64,000 bases of DNA from a virus, in the IMG/VR virus record IMGVR_UViG_3300043446_003177, positions 108,233 through 172,232 of that record, one strand, 5' to 3'. The notes under the pieces are model-generated. The model was not told the origin of the DNA. It did no database searches and was given only the letters and a program-made list of their open reading frames with translations. The stretch's first letter is position 1. Each line of letters opens with the position of its first letter. Shown here piece by piece: positions 1 to 10,378 of the stretch. Made by a program: the position numbers and the translations under genes.

Positions 1-279
1 GCATATGGATCCGAGTTCAATTTGAATGAATTTACAATTACAGGAGGATCTTTAACTATTGTTGGAGAGACTTCTACATTAGCAATCAACACAGCATTTT
101 CTGGTGTAACAACGACTATAAATAGTAAAAAATATTATCTTGGACAGACCTTTGAAATGGGACTATCAAATCCTGAAGTTAAAAAATATTCTGGTGATAT
201 TATTTACGTGGATAATAGACCATCCATTACTAGGTCATTAAATCAAAAAGAAGATATTAAGGTTATTTTGCAATTCTAA
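1..279 (+). CDS. gp8: Baseplate wedge subunit gp8, C-terminal part (gene starts before window)
   Basis: Frame open from base 1; C-terminus SGDIIYVDNRPSITRSLNQKEDIKVILQF is typical of T4-like gp8. Confidence 0.85.
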   Translation, partial: AYGSEFNLNEFTITGGSLTIVGETSTLAINTAFSGVTTTINSKKYYLGQTFEMGLSNPEVKKYSGDIIYVDNRPSITRSLNQKEDIKVILQF

Positions 280-285
280 AGAATT

Positions 286-3200
286 ATGCCTCAGGAAACT
301 AATCTCAACGTTACTCCATATTTTGACGATTACTTAGCACGTAATGGAGGTAAACAAAATAACTACTATAAAGTTCTTTTTAAGCCTGGATACCCTGTTC
401 AAGCTAGAGAGTTAACAACTTTACAGTCAATTCTACAAAACCAAATTGAACAATTTGGAAATCATATTTTCAAAGAAGGTAGTGTAGTAATACCTGGACA
501 AGTAAACTATCTTCCAAAATTTCCAGCAGTGGAAGTTGAAGCAGAATTTCTTGGTATACCACTAAGAACTTATGCTCAGAGTTTAATTGGTAAAGAAATT
601 GTTGGCGATGACTCTGACGTAAGAGCAAAAGTTATAGCAGTTAGGGATGTTGAGAATTCCCCTAGAAGATATTTTACATTATATGTAACATATACAAGAA
701 CAGGCGTTAATGGAGCTTCTGTTTTTGCTAATAACGAAACTCTACTTTTACCAAGTGGATTGGTAAAAGGCGCTTTAGTGATACAACCAAATCAAGGATT
801 TGCTATTACTGCTTCCCAAAGAGCAACTTCAGTCGGAACCGCTGTAGCTGTTTCTGAAGGTGTTTATTTTGTTAGAGGAACTTTTGTTGATGTAGATAAT
901 CAACTTATTCTTTTAGATCCATATTCCAATAAACCAAATTATAAAGTTGGATTTGATGTTATTGAAGAGATAATCACAGTAGATGATGACCCAAAACTTG
1001 CAGACAATGCAAGAGGATTTAATAATTATGCAGCCCCAGGAGCAGATAGATTTAAAATAAGTTTAATCCTCACTAAAAAAGATTTGGATGAAGAAAAAAA
1101 TGAAAGCTTTGTTCAACTTTTAGAAATTAGAGACGGTAAAATATACGGAGTAACTAAGAGAACAAATTATAGTTTAATTAGGGATGAATTAGCTAGAAGA
1201 ACTTTTGACGAATCTGGAGATTATTATGTTAAACCATTTGATGTAGTTACAAGAGAGTCTCTAGACGATCTAAAGGGAAATAATGGAATATTTAAAGAAG
1301 GCAGGCTTACATACGAAGATAACAAACCAAGTGATGATCTAGGTGTTTATCAAATATCTCCAGGAAAAGCTTATGTAAAAGGTTATGAAATTGAGACCAT
1401 TAGTCCAACATTTTTAGATTTTCCAAAACCAAGAAAAACCAGAACTTTACGAGATCAGAGCATAAATTATTTAACTGGTCCGGCACTAAGACTGAATAAT
1501 GTAAATTCTGCACCAGATATTGGAATTGCAACCTCATATACGCTTTCATTGAGAAACACTAGAGTTGGAGTAAACTCTGAAGTTGGTGCGGGAAAGGAAA
1601 TTGGATTATCAAGAGTGTATGACTTTGCATTAGAATCCGGTTCATATGATACTTCATTACCAGATACTAATCAATGGGATATTTCTTTATTTGATACAAA
1701 ATTATACACAGAGCTTAGATTAAATACTGAAGTAACTCTTTCTTCACCACTTCATATTCTAGGTAAAGCTAGTGGAGCAAATGGATTTTTGCGTTTTGAT
1801 GTATCAAATTCTGGAATCATTACTGCATACGATACTAAAGGGACATTTATTGCGGGCGAAGAACTAATTTTTAATGGTATTGAATCAAATGGAATCACAA
1901 CATCTGTTTTACAATACAAGCTTTCAGATGTAAAATCTTTATATGGTGTTTCTGGAATCAATACATTTACTGCCGATGCAAAGCAAGAAGTAACTAGAAA
2001 TTTTGGACAGGTCACTATAAGTGCTGCTACTGGTGGAATTAGTACTGTGACTTCATCAAAAGTTACTTTCCCAACAAAAATTGAAATTGATGATTTGGTA
2101 TCTTATACCAATCCAGGATTTTCTGTACCAAGTTATGCTAAAGTAACAAATGTATATAAATCGGCATTAACTATCGAGGCAATTACTTCCGTTTCTGGAG
2201 TATGCACTGGAGGACTTCCAACATCACAGATTACTCCCTCCGATTTTAGTTTAATAAACACTAAACTTCTTTCTTCTCCAGATAATACACTTTTCACAAA
2301 GTTACCAAAAAATTTCGTTTCGTCTGTAAACTTAAGTGAATCTAACTTAACAATAAGAAAGCAATTTACAGTTTCTATTTCTGCAAACAAAACCGCACCT
2401 ATCATTGCGGGAGAGAACGAAACTTTCTTACCATTTGATGAAGAAAGATATGTTTTAGTAAGATCTAATGGAAATGTTGAGGCTCTTTCTGCAGATAAAT
2501 TAGTTTTTGCAAATGGTAGCAAACAATTAGAAATTTTAGGGTTAGCAAGTGGTACGGACACTGGTGCTAAATTAATTGCTACTCTTAGAAAAATAAATGT
2601 TAAGAGCAAACTCAAATTAAGAAGAAAGGTAACTTCAGTAGTAATTGATAAGTCTTCTTTACCACAATCCGGTATTGGACAATCAACTCTCAATGATGGA
2701 CTGACTTATGGAACTTTCCCATATGGAACCAGAGTTCAGGATAAAGAGATTTGTTTGCAATATCCAGATATTGTTCAATTACATGGTGTTTATGAATCAA
2801 CGAGTACAACATCTCCAGTATTAACTAGAATTAGATTTTCTGCCTTCGATGGACCATCGGCAAAATCATCCGATTTAATTGTCGGTGAAGAGTGGGTAGG
2901 CGCAAGAAGTTCTTCTATAGGATTAAATGTTGGTAGAATTGATGATGAGACAATTGAAGTTATAAGGACAAACAGAAGAACTCCTCTAGTAGGAGAAAGA
3001 ATTAAATTTAAAGAATCAGGTGTAACAGCAATTGTAGAAGAAGTAAATATTGGGGATCCAAATATTACTTCACATTATGTCCTTGATAATGGACAAGAAG
3101 ATACAATTTATGATTATGGTAAAATTGTTAGAAGGTCTCAGTTTGCTGCACCAACTAGAAAAATAAGAATAGTATTTGAATCTGCATATTATTCAGATTC

Positions 3201-6200
3201 CGATGATGGAGATATTACAACTGCAGCATCATATTCAAGATACGAATATGACGAAATTCCATTTAGTGATAGAAGAATAAAATGTTCCGATCTTCTCGAC
3301 ATTCGCCCTAGAGTACAAGTATATACACCAACTGCAGGATCTAGATCTCCGTTTGAATTTTTAGGAAGATCTTTTGTAAGTGGATCGAATAATTCTTCCA
3401 AAAATATTTTAGTTTCTGATGAATCTATCTTACTAACATATTCACATTATCTGTCTAGAATTGATAGAATTTATCTAAGTAAAGATGGTGAATTTACAAT
3501 TGTAAGAGGAACTCCAGCAGAATTTCCAAAAGAACCTTTACCTTTAAATGATGCTTTAGAAGTTGCAAAGGTCACACTTCCTCCGTATCTATCAAATGCT
3601 AACGATGCTCAGATCAAACTAGTATCTCATAAGAGATATAGAATGACTGATATTGCAAAATTGGATGATAGAATTTCAAACCTAGAATATTATACAACAT
3701 TATCTCTTTTAGAATCTCAAACTCAGAATCTATTCGTCCCAGATAGTAATGGACTTAATAGGTTTAAATCTGGATTCTTTGTAGATAATTTCTCTACAGC
3801 AAATCCACAAGCTAAAACAGCAATTCCAAGAAATGCAATTGATGTTAAAAAATCAGAGCTTAGACCAGCAACATATACAACTCAATTGGATCTTATACTT
3901 GGTTCAAAGTCTCTAGTAGGAATTGGAAGTTCAGCTGACCCAACTGTAGACTCTAGATTTGTATCAGACATTATCGGAAGTAATATTAGAAAAACTGGTC
4001 AACTTATAACTTTAAACTATAGTGATGCAAGGTATTTAAGACAACCATATGCAACTCGTGCAATTAATGTAACTCCATATGCAGTAACAACATATGAAGG
4101 AACTATAGAACTTGAACCGTCTTCGGATATTTGGATTGATACAACCAGAATAGAAGCCAACACCATAACAATTGATACTTTTACTCCTGCACTAGGAATT
4201 CTAAAAGAAGTTATTCCGGGATTTGACCCACAAACTGGATTTGGCCCAACAACCTGGAATGCATGGAACACTGTTTGGACAGGATCCACAACAACTAGAA
4301 ATGGTTGGATACAAACAACAGTTGATACCGGAACAAGTACTAGAACAGGAACTAGACTTGAAGTTACACCTGTTACGACAACACAATCACTTGGAGATAA
4401 ACTAGTTGATAGTGATGTAATCACTAATATGAGATCCAGAAATATAGAAGTTACTGGAAATAGATTTAAGCCATTTACTCAACTGTATGCCTTCTTTGAT
4501 GGGACTGATGTTAATGCATTTGTGTTTCCAAAACTCATTGAAATTAAAATGATTAAAGGAACCTTCCGAGTTGGAGAAACTGTAACGGGTGATGATAAAA
4601 CAAGAACAAATGGTGCAGAAATTCCAAAAATTAAATTTAGAGTAGCGAACGCAAATCACAAATATGGTGCATATAATAAACCAGAAGACATTTATGATGT
4701 AAACCCATACACTAGAGCAAATAGCCTTCCAGCAAATTATTCATCAACATCAACAATCCTTAATGTAGACACATACCATTTAACTGAGGGTGTTAAAGAT
4801 GGATTTGATGGATATATTGCAAAGGGTATGCGTTTGAAAGGAGGTACTAGTGGTGCTGTTGCTGAAGTAACTAATGTTAGACTGGTAACTGACGATGTTG
4901 GTACTATCATTGCATCTTTCTTCATTCCAGATCCAAATATTAGAACTAATCCAAAATTCAAAACTGGAATTAGAACCTTTAGATTTACAAATAGTTCAAC
5001 AAATTCTACTGTTTCTGGAATTTTAGTTACTTCTGGCGAAGAGCAATACTTTGCTCAAGGTACTTTAAATACGGTACAAGAAACCATCCAATCAACAAGA
5101 AGTCCAAGATTCCAAACAAAAACACTAACAGAACAAAAAGCTGCTACAAGAACAACTGTTGTTGATTTAACTCCTCCACCTCCCCCACGCCGCCACGACC
5201 CACTAGCACAGTCATTCTACGTTGATGAACCAAGTGGAATTTTTGTAACTAAGATTGATTTATATTTCCAATCAAAAGATCCTACAGGAAAACTTCCACT
5301 AATATTCCAACTTCGTACAATGTCGTTGGGAGTTCCAACAGAAGAAGTTTATCCATTTAGTGAATTAATCGTACTACCAAAATATATTAAGACATCTCAA
5401 GATGGATCTGTAGCGACAACATTAACATTCCCATCACCAGTTTATCTGAAAGGTGAAAAAGAACATGCTATCGTTATGCTTTCTGATTCAAATGAATATC
5501 AAGTTTGGTGTTCTAGAATTGGCGAAATTGATATTACTACCCAATCTGGACCAGAATCTCGCCAGGTTGTAGTTACAAAACAACCAGATCTTGGATCACT
5601 ATTTAAGTCTCAAAATGGATCTACTTGGGATCCAAGTCAATATGAAGATCTAAAGTATACTTTATATCGTGCAGAATTTGCAAATACTCAGACTGGTACA
5701 GTAAACTTCTTCAATCCAAATCTAACAACAAGAAACAAAAAAATTGCAAAGTTACCTACAAACCCAATTCAATTCTTCTCTAAAAAGATAAGAGTTTCAT
5801 TAGCTTCTTCTATCAATGATCCCAATCTACAAATTGGAAATACAATATTCCAAACTGCATCCAATGCTACAGCAAATTATGTAGGATCTGCAGGTTCGGC
5901 TAGTGGAACCTTAGGAATAACAAATTCTGGAATAGGATATACTCCATCTGATGGGTCGAGTTTTACATACAATAATATTTCTCTAGTTACTGTTACTGGA
6001 TCTGGAAAAAATGCAACAGCCAATATCACTATTGGGGCAAACGCAACAACTAATGGAATTGCAATTGCAGCAACAGTAGTTAATGGTGGAACTGGATATG
6101 TAACTGGTGACGTACTAACTGTTAATTCCCTAGGTGTAGATGGATTAGGTGAAAACTTACGTTTAACTGTTAGAAACACTTCTGGAGGAAATCAGCTAAT

Positions 6201-7713
6201 TCTCGATAACGTTCAGGGTGATTTTATTACTGGAGCAGGATCAACAATTAGATTTGTAACATCTGCTGGTATTAATACAGATTTAAATTCTGCAGTTGGT
6301 GGTGGTGTTACGGTTTCTAGTGTAGACTTAGCAAGTGTATATCAGGATGGATTGCATTTCAAAGTCAATCACAGAAATCATGGAATGCATTCAAAAACTA
6401 ACGATGTAATTATTAGTGGAGTAGATCCAACAACAAAACCAGCAAAATTAAATGCCGATTTAGGGGATACTTCAGAAAACATTGTTTTAGTTGATGCAAG
6501 TGGATTCTCTACGTTTGAAAATGTTGGAATTGCAACTACAAATAGAGGATATTTATTAATTGAGGATGAAATTATTTCTTATAGTGGAGTATCTGGAAAT
6601 ACTTTAACAGGTGTTACTAGAGGAATTGATAATACAAAAGTGTTCACTTATGCAAAGGGAACTGATGTTTATAAGTATGAAACTCGCGGAATTTCTCTAA
6701 GGAGAATTAACAAAACACATACTTTACAGGATGCAACAGTACCAGAGGCAATTGGATTAGATTATTATTGGTTAAGATTGAATATGGATGGAGTTGATAT
6801 TGGCGAAACAGATGAAATCCCCGATAGAAATACTTCCGCAAGTTTCCCTAAACTTTACATTAATGAAACTAAAACTTCTGGAGGGTCTGATGTATATGCA
6901 ACCCAAAATATACAATTTGACATGTTACATCCTCAAGTTCAAACTTTAGTTCTACCAGGAACAAAGATAGATTCTACTGCAAGAACAGTTAGTGGTACGA
7001 GTGTGAACAATAATGCAGAAATTTCATTCTTAGATAAGGGATTTGAATCTGTATCACTAAATGCGGATAACTTCTTATCTTCACCAAGATTAATTTGTTC
7101 TCAAATTAATGAAAAGAATAAGTTATCTGCTCTACCTATTAACAAATCTTTTGAATTGTCTTTAGTTCTATCTTCAACTAAATCAACTGTATCCCCAGTT
7201 ATAGACTTACATAGACTTGGAATTATTTTATCATCAAACAGAGTGAATAGAGTTATTACAAATTATATTTCGGACAACAGAACATCAACTCTAGATGGGG
7301 ATCCAACAGCGTTTACATATGCAACTGCACCAATAACTCTAGAACTTGCAGCAACTTCGATTAAATGCTTATTTACAGCGTATGTAAATAATGATGCAGA
7401 AATCAGAGCACTTTATTCTGTAGGGAAAAATGCTAAAGATTTACAAATTTATAATTTATTCCCTGGATATGATAACTTGGATGTGAATGGTGATATTATC
7501 AATCCAAACAGAAATAGTGGTCTTCCCAATAAGAAGGTTCAAAAATCAACAGAATTTTCTGGAGATAGTAACAAGTTAACATTTAGAGAATATGAATTTT
7601 CTATAGATAAACTTCCACCATTTAGATATTATAGCATTAAATTGTTAGGGACTTCTACAAATTCTGCCCATCCACCTATTATAAGAGACTTTAGAATAAT
7701 CGCATTAGCTTAA
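286..7713 (+). CDS. Large virion structural protein, VrlC-like (DUF4815-type), 2475 aa
   Basis: N-terminal NLNVTPYFDD..YYKVLFKPG..VQARELTTLQSILQNQ, internal DPLAQSF motif; follows gp8 as in cyanomyophages. Confidence 0.85.
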   Translation: MPQETNLNVTPYFDDYLARNGGKQNNYYKVLFKPGYPVQARELTTLQSILQNQIEQFGNHIFKEGSVVIPGQVNYLPKFPAVEVEAEFLGIPLRTYAQSLIGKEIVGDDSDVRAKVIAVRDVENSPRRYFTLYVTYTRTGVNGASVFANNETLLLPSGLVKGALVIQPNQGFAITASQRATSVGTAVAVSEGVYFVRGTFVDVDNQLILLDPYSNKPNYKVGFDVIEEIITVDDDPKLADNARGFNNYAAPGADRFKISLILTKKDLDEEKNESFVQLLEIRDGKIYGVTKRTNYSLIRDELARRTFDESGDYYVKPFDVVTRESLDDLKGNNGIFKEGRLTYEDNKPSDDLGVYQISPGKAYVKGYEIETISPTFLDFPKPRKTRTLRDQSINYLTGPALRLNNVNSAPDIGIATSYTLSLRNTRVGVNSEVGAGKEIGLSRVYDFALESGSYDTSLPDTNQWDISLFDTKLYTELRLNTEVTLSSPLHILGKASGANGFLRFDVSNSGIITAYDTKGTFIAGEELIFNGIESNGITTSVLQYKLSDVKSLYGVSGINTFTADAKQEVTRNFGQVTISAATGGISTVTSSKVTFPTKIEIDDLVSYTNPGFSVPSYAKVTNVYKSALTIEAITSVSGVCTGGLPTSQITPSDFSLINTKLLSSPDNTLFTKLPKNFVSSVNLSESNLTIRKQFTVSISANKTAPIIAGENETFLPFDEERYVLVRSNGNVEALSADKLVFANGSKQLEILGLASGTDTGAKLIATLRKINVKSKLKLRRKVTSVVIDKSSLPQSGIGQSTLNDGLTYGTFPYGTRVQDKEICLQYPDIVQLHGVYESTSTTSPVLTRIRFSAFDGPSAKSSDLIVGEEWVGARSSSIGLNVGRIDDETIEVIRTNRRTPLVGERIKFKESGVTAIVEEVNIGDPNITSHYVLDNGQEDTIYDYGKIVRRSQFAAPTRKIRIVFESAYYSDSDDGDITTAASYSRYEYDEIPFSDRRIKCSDLLDIRPRVQVYTPTAGSRSPFEFLGRSFVSGSNNSSKNILVSDESILLTYSHYLSRIDRIYLSKDGEFTIVRGTPAEFPKEPLPLNDALEVAKVTLPPYLSNANDAQIKLVSHKRYRMTDIAKLDDRISNLEYYTTLSLLESQTQNLFVPDSNGLNRFKSGFFVDNFSTANPQAKTAIPRNAIDVKKSELRPATYTTQLDLILGSKSLVGIGSSADPTVDSRFVSDIIGSNIRKTGQLITLNYSDARYLRQPYATRAINVTPYAVTTYEGTIELEPSSDIWIDTTRIEANTITIDTFTPALGILKEVIPGFDPQTGFGPTTWNAWNTVWTGSTTTRNGWIQTTVDTGTSTRTGTRLEVTPVTTTQSLGDKLVDSDVITNMRSRNIEVTGNRFKPFTQLYAFFDGTDVNAFVFPKLIEIKMIKGTFRVGETVTGDDKTRTNGAEIPKIKFRVANANHKYGAYNKPEDIYDVNPYTRANSLPANYSSTSTILNVDTYHLTEGVKDGFDGYIAKGMRLKGGTSGAVAEVTNVRLVTDDVGTIIASFFIPDPNIRTNPKFKTGIRTFRFTNSSTNSTVSGILVTSGEEQYFAQGTLNTVQETIQSTRSPRFQTKTLTEQKAATRTTVVDLTPPPPPRRHDPLAQSFYVDEPSGIFVTKIDLYFQSKDPTGKLPLIFQLRTMSLGVPTEEVYPFSELIVLPKYIKTSQDGSVATTLTFPSPVYLKGEKEHAIVMLSDSNEYQVWCSRIGEIDITTQSGPESRQVVVTKQPDLGSLFKSQNGSTWDPSQYEDLKYTLYRAEFANTQTGTVNFFNPNLTTRNKKIAKLPTNPIQFFSKKIRVSLASSINDPNLQIGNTIFQTASNATANYVGSAGSASGTLGITNSGIGYTPSDGSSFTYNNISLVTVTGSGKNATANITIGANATTNGIAIAATVVNGGTGYVTGDVLTVNSLGVDGLGENLRLTVRNTSGGNQLILDNVQGDFITGAGSTIRFVTSAGINTDLNSAVGGGVTVSSVDLASVYQDGLHFKVNHRNHGMHSKTNDVIISGVDPTTKPAKLNADLGDTSENIVLVDASGFSTFENVGIATTNRGYLLIEDEIISYSGVSGNTLTGVTRGIDNTKVFTYAKGTDVYKYETRGISLRRINKTHTLQDATVPEAIGLDYYWLRLNMDGVDIGETDEIPDRNTSASFPKLYINETKTSGGSDVYATQNIQFDMLHPQVQTLVLPGTKIDSTARTVSGTSVNNNAEISFLDKGFESVSLNADNFLSSPRLICSQINEKNKLSALPINKSFELSLVLSSTKSTVSPVIDLHRLGIILSSNRVNRVITNYISDNRTSTLDGDPTAFTYATAPITLELAATSIKCLFTAYVNNDAEIRALYSVGKNAKDLQIYNLFPGYDNLDVNGDIINPNRNSGLPNKKVQKSTEFSGDSNKLTFREYEFSIDKLPPFRYYSIKLLGTSTNSAHPPIIRDFRIIALA

Positions 7714-7714
7714 A

Positions 7715-7933
7715 ATGAAACATTACAAAGTAGAAGGGTATTCAAATTTACTAAGAGATACTGATGTTGGTGCTATAGTCAATACTAATGATATTGAATA
7801 TGAACAATATCTCGCAACTAGATCATTAAAAGAAATTGAATCTGAAAAAATTAATTCACTAGAAAATGAAGTGAAAGATATTAAAAATGATCTTGGTGAA
7901 ATTAAAAATTTACTTAGGAGTTTGATTAAATGA
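7715..7933 (+). CDS. Small coiled-coil hypothetical protein
   Basis: KVEGYSNLLRD..GAIVN motif and heptad C-terminus; packed tightly between neighbouring genes. Confidence 0.75.
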   Translation: MKHYKVEGYSNLLRDTDVGAIVNTNDIEYEQYLATRSLKEIESEKINSLENEVKDIKNDLGEIKNLLRSLIK

Positions 7934-8097
7934 ACCCATCAGATATTGAACTAGAAAATTTTAGCAAGTCTTTTGAATATGAAAAATTATCTAGAGACAT
8001 AGATAGTATTGAAGATATTGCGATTCTTAGAAATTTAGCAAAATCTTACATTAAATTATACTTTAAACAACAAGAAGTAGTAGCAAGTTTCCGATAA
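7930..8097 (+). CDS. NblA-like small protein (55 aa, not in ORF track): MNPSDIELENFSKSFEYEKLSRDIDSIEDIAILRNLAKSYIKLYFKQQEVVASFR
   Basis: ATGA overlap upstream, TAATG overlap with gp13; size and two-helix pattern resemble NblA. Confidence 0.55.
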   Translation: MNPSDIELENFSKSFEYEKLSRDIDSIEDIAILRNLAKSYIKLYFKQQEVVASFR

Positions 8098-8939
8098 TGT
8101 CCCAACCATCTACTAGACAACAACTTATTGATTATTGCAAAAGAAAACTGGGAGCTCCAGTTTTAGAAATCAATGTCGCTGACGAGCAAATTGATGATTT
8201 AGTAGATGATGCTATACAGTTTTTCCAAGAAAGACACTTTGATGGTGTTGGTCAAGTATTTTTAAAATATCAAATTACTCAGAATGATATCGATAGAGGT
8301 AGAGCACCGAGAAATGGAAATGTTGGTGTAGCAACAACATCTGCTTCGGCGGTTATAGGTGGATCTACAACCAACTTTAATTTCTCCGAAAACGGTAATT
8401 TTTTACAGATACCTCCTGATATTATTGGAATTAATAAAGTAATGCAATTTGATGGTACTAATAGAGTATCTTCTGGGATGTTTAGTATTAAATATCAATT
8501 ATTTTTGAACGATATTTACTATTGGGGATCTACAGAGATTTTAACATATTCCATGGTAAAAAGATACCTTGAAGATTTAGATTGGTTATTGACTAACCAA
8601 AAGCAAATTAGATTTAATAAAAGAATGGACCGACTCTATATGGATATAGATTGGTCAGCAGTTAATGTTGGCGACTATGTAATCATCGACTGTTATAGAG
8701 TATTAAATCCTAATGAATATCCTAGAGTCTGGAATGATTCATTCCTAAAACCATATTTGACTGCATTAATTAAAAAGCAATGGGGGCAAAACTTAATCAA
8801 ATTCCAAGGAGTTAAACTTCCTGGGGGTGTTGAGTTAAACGGAAGACAAATATATGATGATGCTACAAGAGAATTAGAGGAAATAATGAATAAGATGTCC
8901 AATACATACGAATTACCACCTTTCGATATGATAGGTTAA
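8097..8939 (+). CDS. gp13: Neck protein gp13
   Basis: LIDYCKRKLGAPVLEINV...KKQWGQNLIKFQGVKLPGGVELNG; synteny. Confidence 0.95.
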   Translation: MSQPSTRQQLIDYCKRKLGAPVLEINVADEQIDDLVDDAIQFFQERHFDGVGQVFLKYQITQNDIDRGRAPRNGNVGVATTSASAVIGGSTTNFNFSENGNFLQIPPDIIGINKVMQFDGTNRVSSGMFSIKYQLFLNDIYYWGSTEILTYSMVKRYLEDLDWLLTNQKQIRFNKRMDRLYMDIDWSAVNVGDYVIIDCYRVLNPNEYPRVWNDSFLKPYLTALIKKQWGQNLIKFQGVKLPGGVELNGRQIYDDATRELEEIMNKMSNTYELPPFDMIG

Positions 8940-8943
8940 TCAT

Positions 8944-10341
8944 ATGCTTAATCCATTTTTTCTCCAAGGATCAAAAGGTGAGCAAAATCTTATACAAGAT
9001 TTGATTAATGAACAAATTCAAATGTATGGAATTGAAGTTCATTACCTACCAAGAAGATTTTTGACCACAAAGACTGTTATAAGAGAAGTAATAGAATCTA
9101 CTTTTAGAGATGCTTATCCAATTGAAGCATATATTGAAAATTATGAAGGGTATGGTGGACAAGGAACTATCCTTTCAAAATTTGGAATACAAGATCTAGA
9201 TGATCTTACATTAGTAATTTCTAAAGAAAGATATGACTCTTACATCTACCCTTTAATACAATATCAGAACATACCAGATACTGAACTAATTTCAAGACCT
9301 AAAGAAGGAGATTTAATTTATTTTCCTTTGGGTGATAGATTGTTTGAAATTAAATTTGTAGAGCATGAACAACCTTTTTATCAACTAGGAAAAAATTATG
9401 TTTATGTTCTAAAATGCGAACTATTCAGAGCTTCAAATGAAGAAGTTGATACCAACATCGATTACATTGATGATAATGTAAAAGAAGACGGTTATATTCA
9501 ATCTTTGACTTTGGCTGGTTCTGGAGTAACAGCAACTGCATATACTGGATTGGTAAATGGTGCGGTTTATGGAGTAACTATTCTGAATAGAGGATCGGGA
9601 TATGAATCACAACCAACAATTGTTTTTGAAAAATCTCCAGTTTCTGGGGGAACTGCAACTGGAACTGCAAATATGATTTCTGGGTTAGTTGATTGTAACG
9701 GAACAACATCCAAAAAAATTCAATCTATTATTATTACAAATCCGGGATTTGGATATACAGTAGCGCCAAAAGTAATTGCTCTGGGCGGCGGACCTGATGC
9801 ATCTGGATTTATAGCAACTTGTTCTATTGGTGATGGAGTAGTAGGAGTAGTAACAATCACCAATGGTGGAACAGGATATCTAGTATCTTCTCCACCTGCC
9901 GTTGCATTTAGCACTGCACCTTACGGTGGTATAACAGCAACAGGAATTACCTCAGTAAGTACTGCTTCTACTATTTCTAATATATCAATGGCGAATCGTG
10001 GGGTTGGTTACATAACTACTCCAACAGTAACTATTGGAAACCCAGTTCTCATTGGATCAGGATCTTATATATTCAATGAGTATGTAATTGGAGGGATTAG
10101 TAGTACAACTGCAAGAGTATCTTCTTGGAATGGGGTAACGAGAATACTACAAATTTCAAAACCAGATGGAGAATTTATAGACGGAGAAACTTTAACAGGA
10201 CAAGAATCTGGAGCTGTTTATAAAATATCTTACAAATCGGAATTTGATATTACTGATAAATACGCAACAAATGATGAGATTGAAGTTGAATCCGATAATA
10301 TCGTTGATTTCACTGAACGAAATCCTTTTGGTATGCCCTAA
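8944..10341 (+). CDS. gp14: Neck protein gp14 with Gly-rich repeat insertion
   Basis: RPKEGDLIYFP..LFEIKFVEHEQPFYQLGK; C-terminal DFTERNPFG. Confidence 0.93.
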   Translation: MLNPFFLQGSKGEQNLIQDLINEQIQMYGIEVHYLPRRFLTTKTVIREVIESTFRDAYPIEAYIENYEGYGGQGTILSKFGIQDLDDLTLVISKERYDSYIYPLIQYQNIPDTELISRPKEGDLIYFPLGDRLFEIKFVEHEQPFYQLGKNYVYVLKCELFRASNEEVDTNIDYIDDNVKEDGYIQSLTLAGSGVTATAYTGLVNGAVYGVTILNRGSGYESQPTIVFEKSPVSGGTATGTANMISGLVDCNGTTSKKIQSIIITNPGFGYTVAPKVIALGGGPDASGFIATCSIGDGVVGVVTITNGGTGYLVSSPPAVAFSTAPYGGITATGITSVSTASTISNISMANRGVGYITTPTVTIGNPVLIGSGSYIFNEYVIGGISSTTARVSSWNGVTRILQISKPDGEFIDGETLTGQESGAVYKISYKSEFDITDKYATNDEIEVESDNIVDFTERNPFGMP

Positions 10342-10344
10342 AGG

Positions 10345-10351
10345 ATAAATA
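10345..10351 (+). promoter_or_regulatory. T4-type late promoter (ATAAATA) before gp15
   Basis: Matches gp55-dependent TATAAATA consensus, about 30 nt upstream of ATG. Confidence 0.65.
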
Positions 10352-10378
10352 GTAAATAAGAAATATTGATCTCCCATC

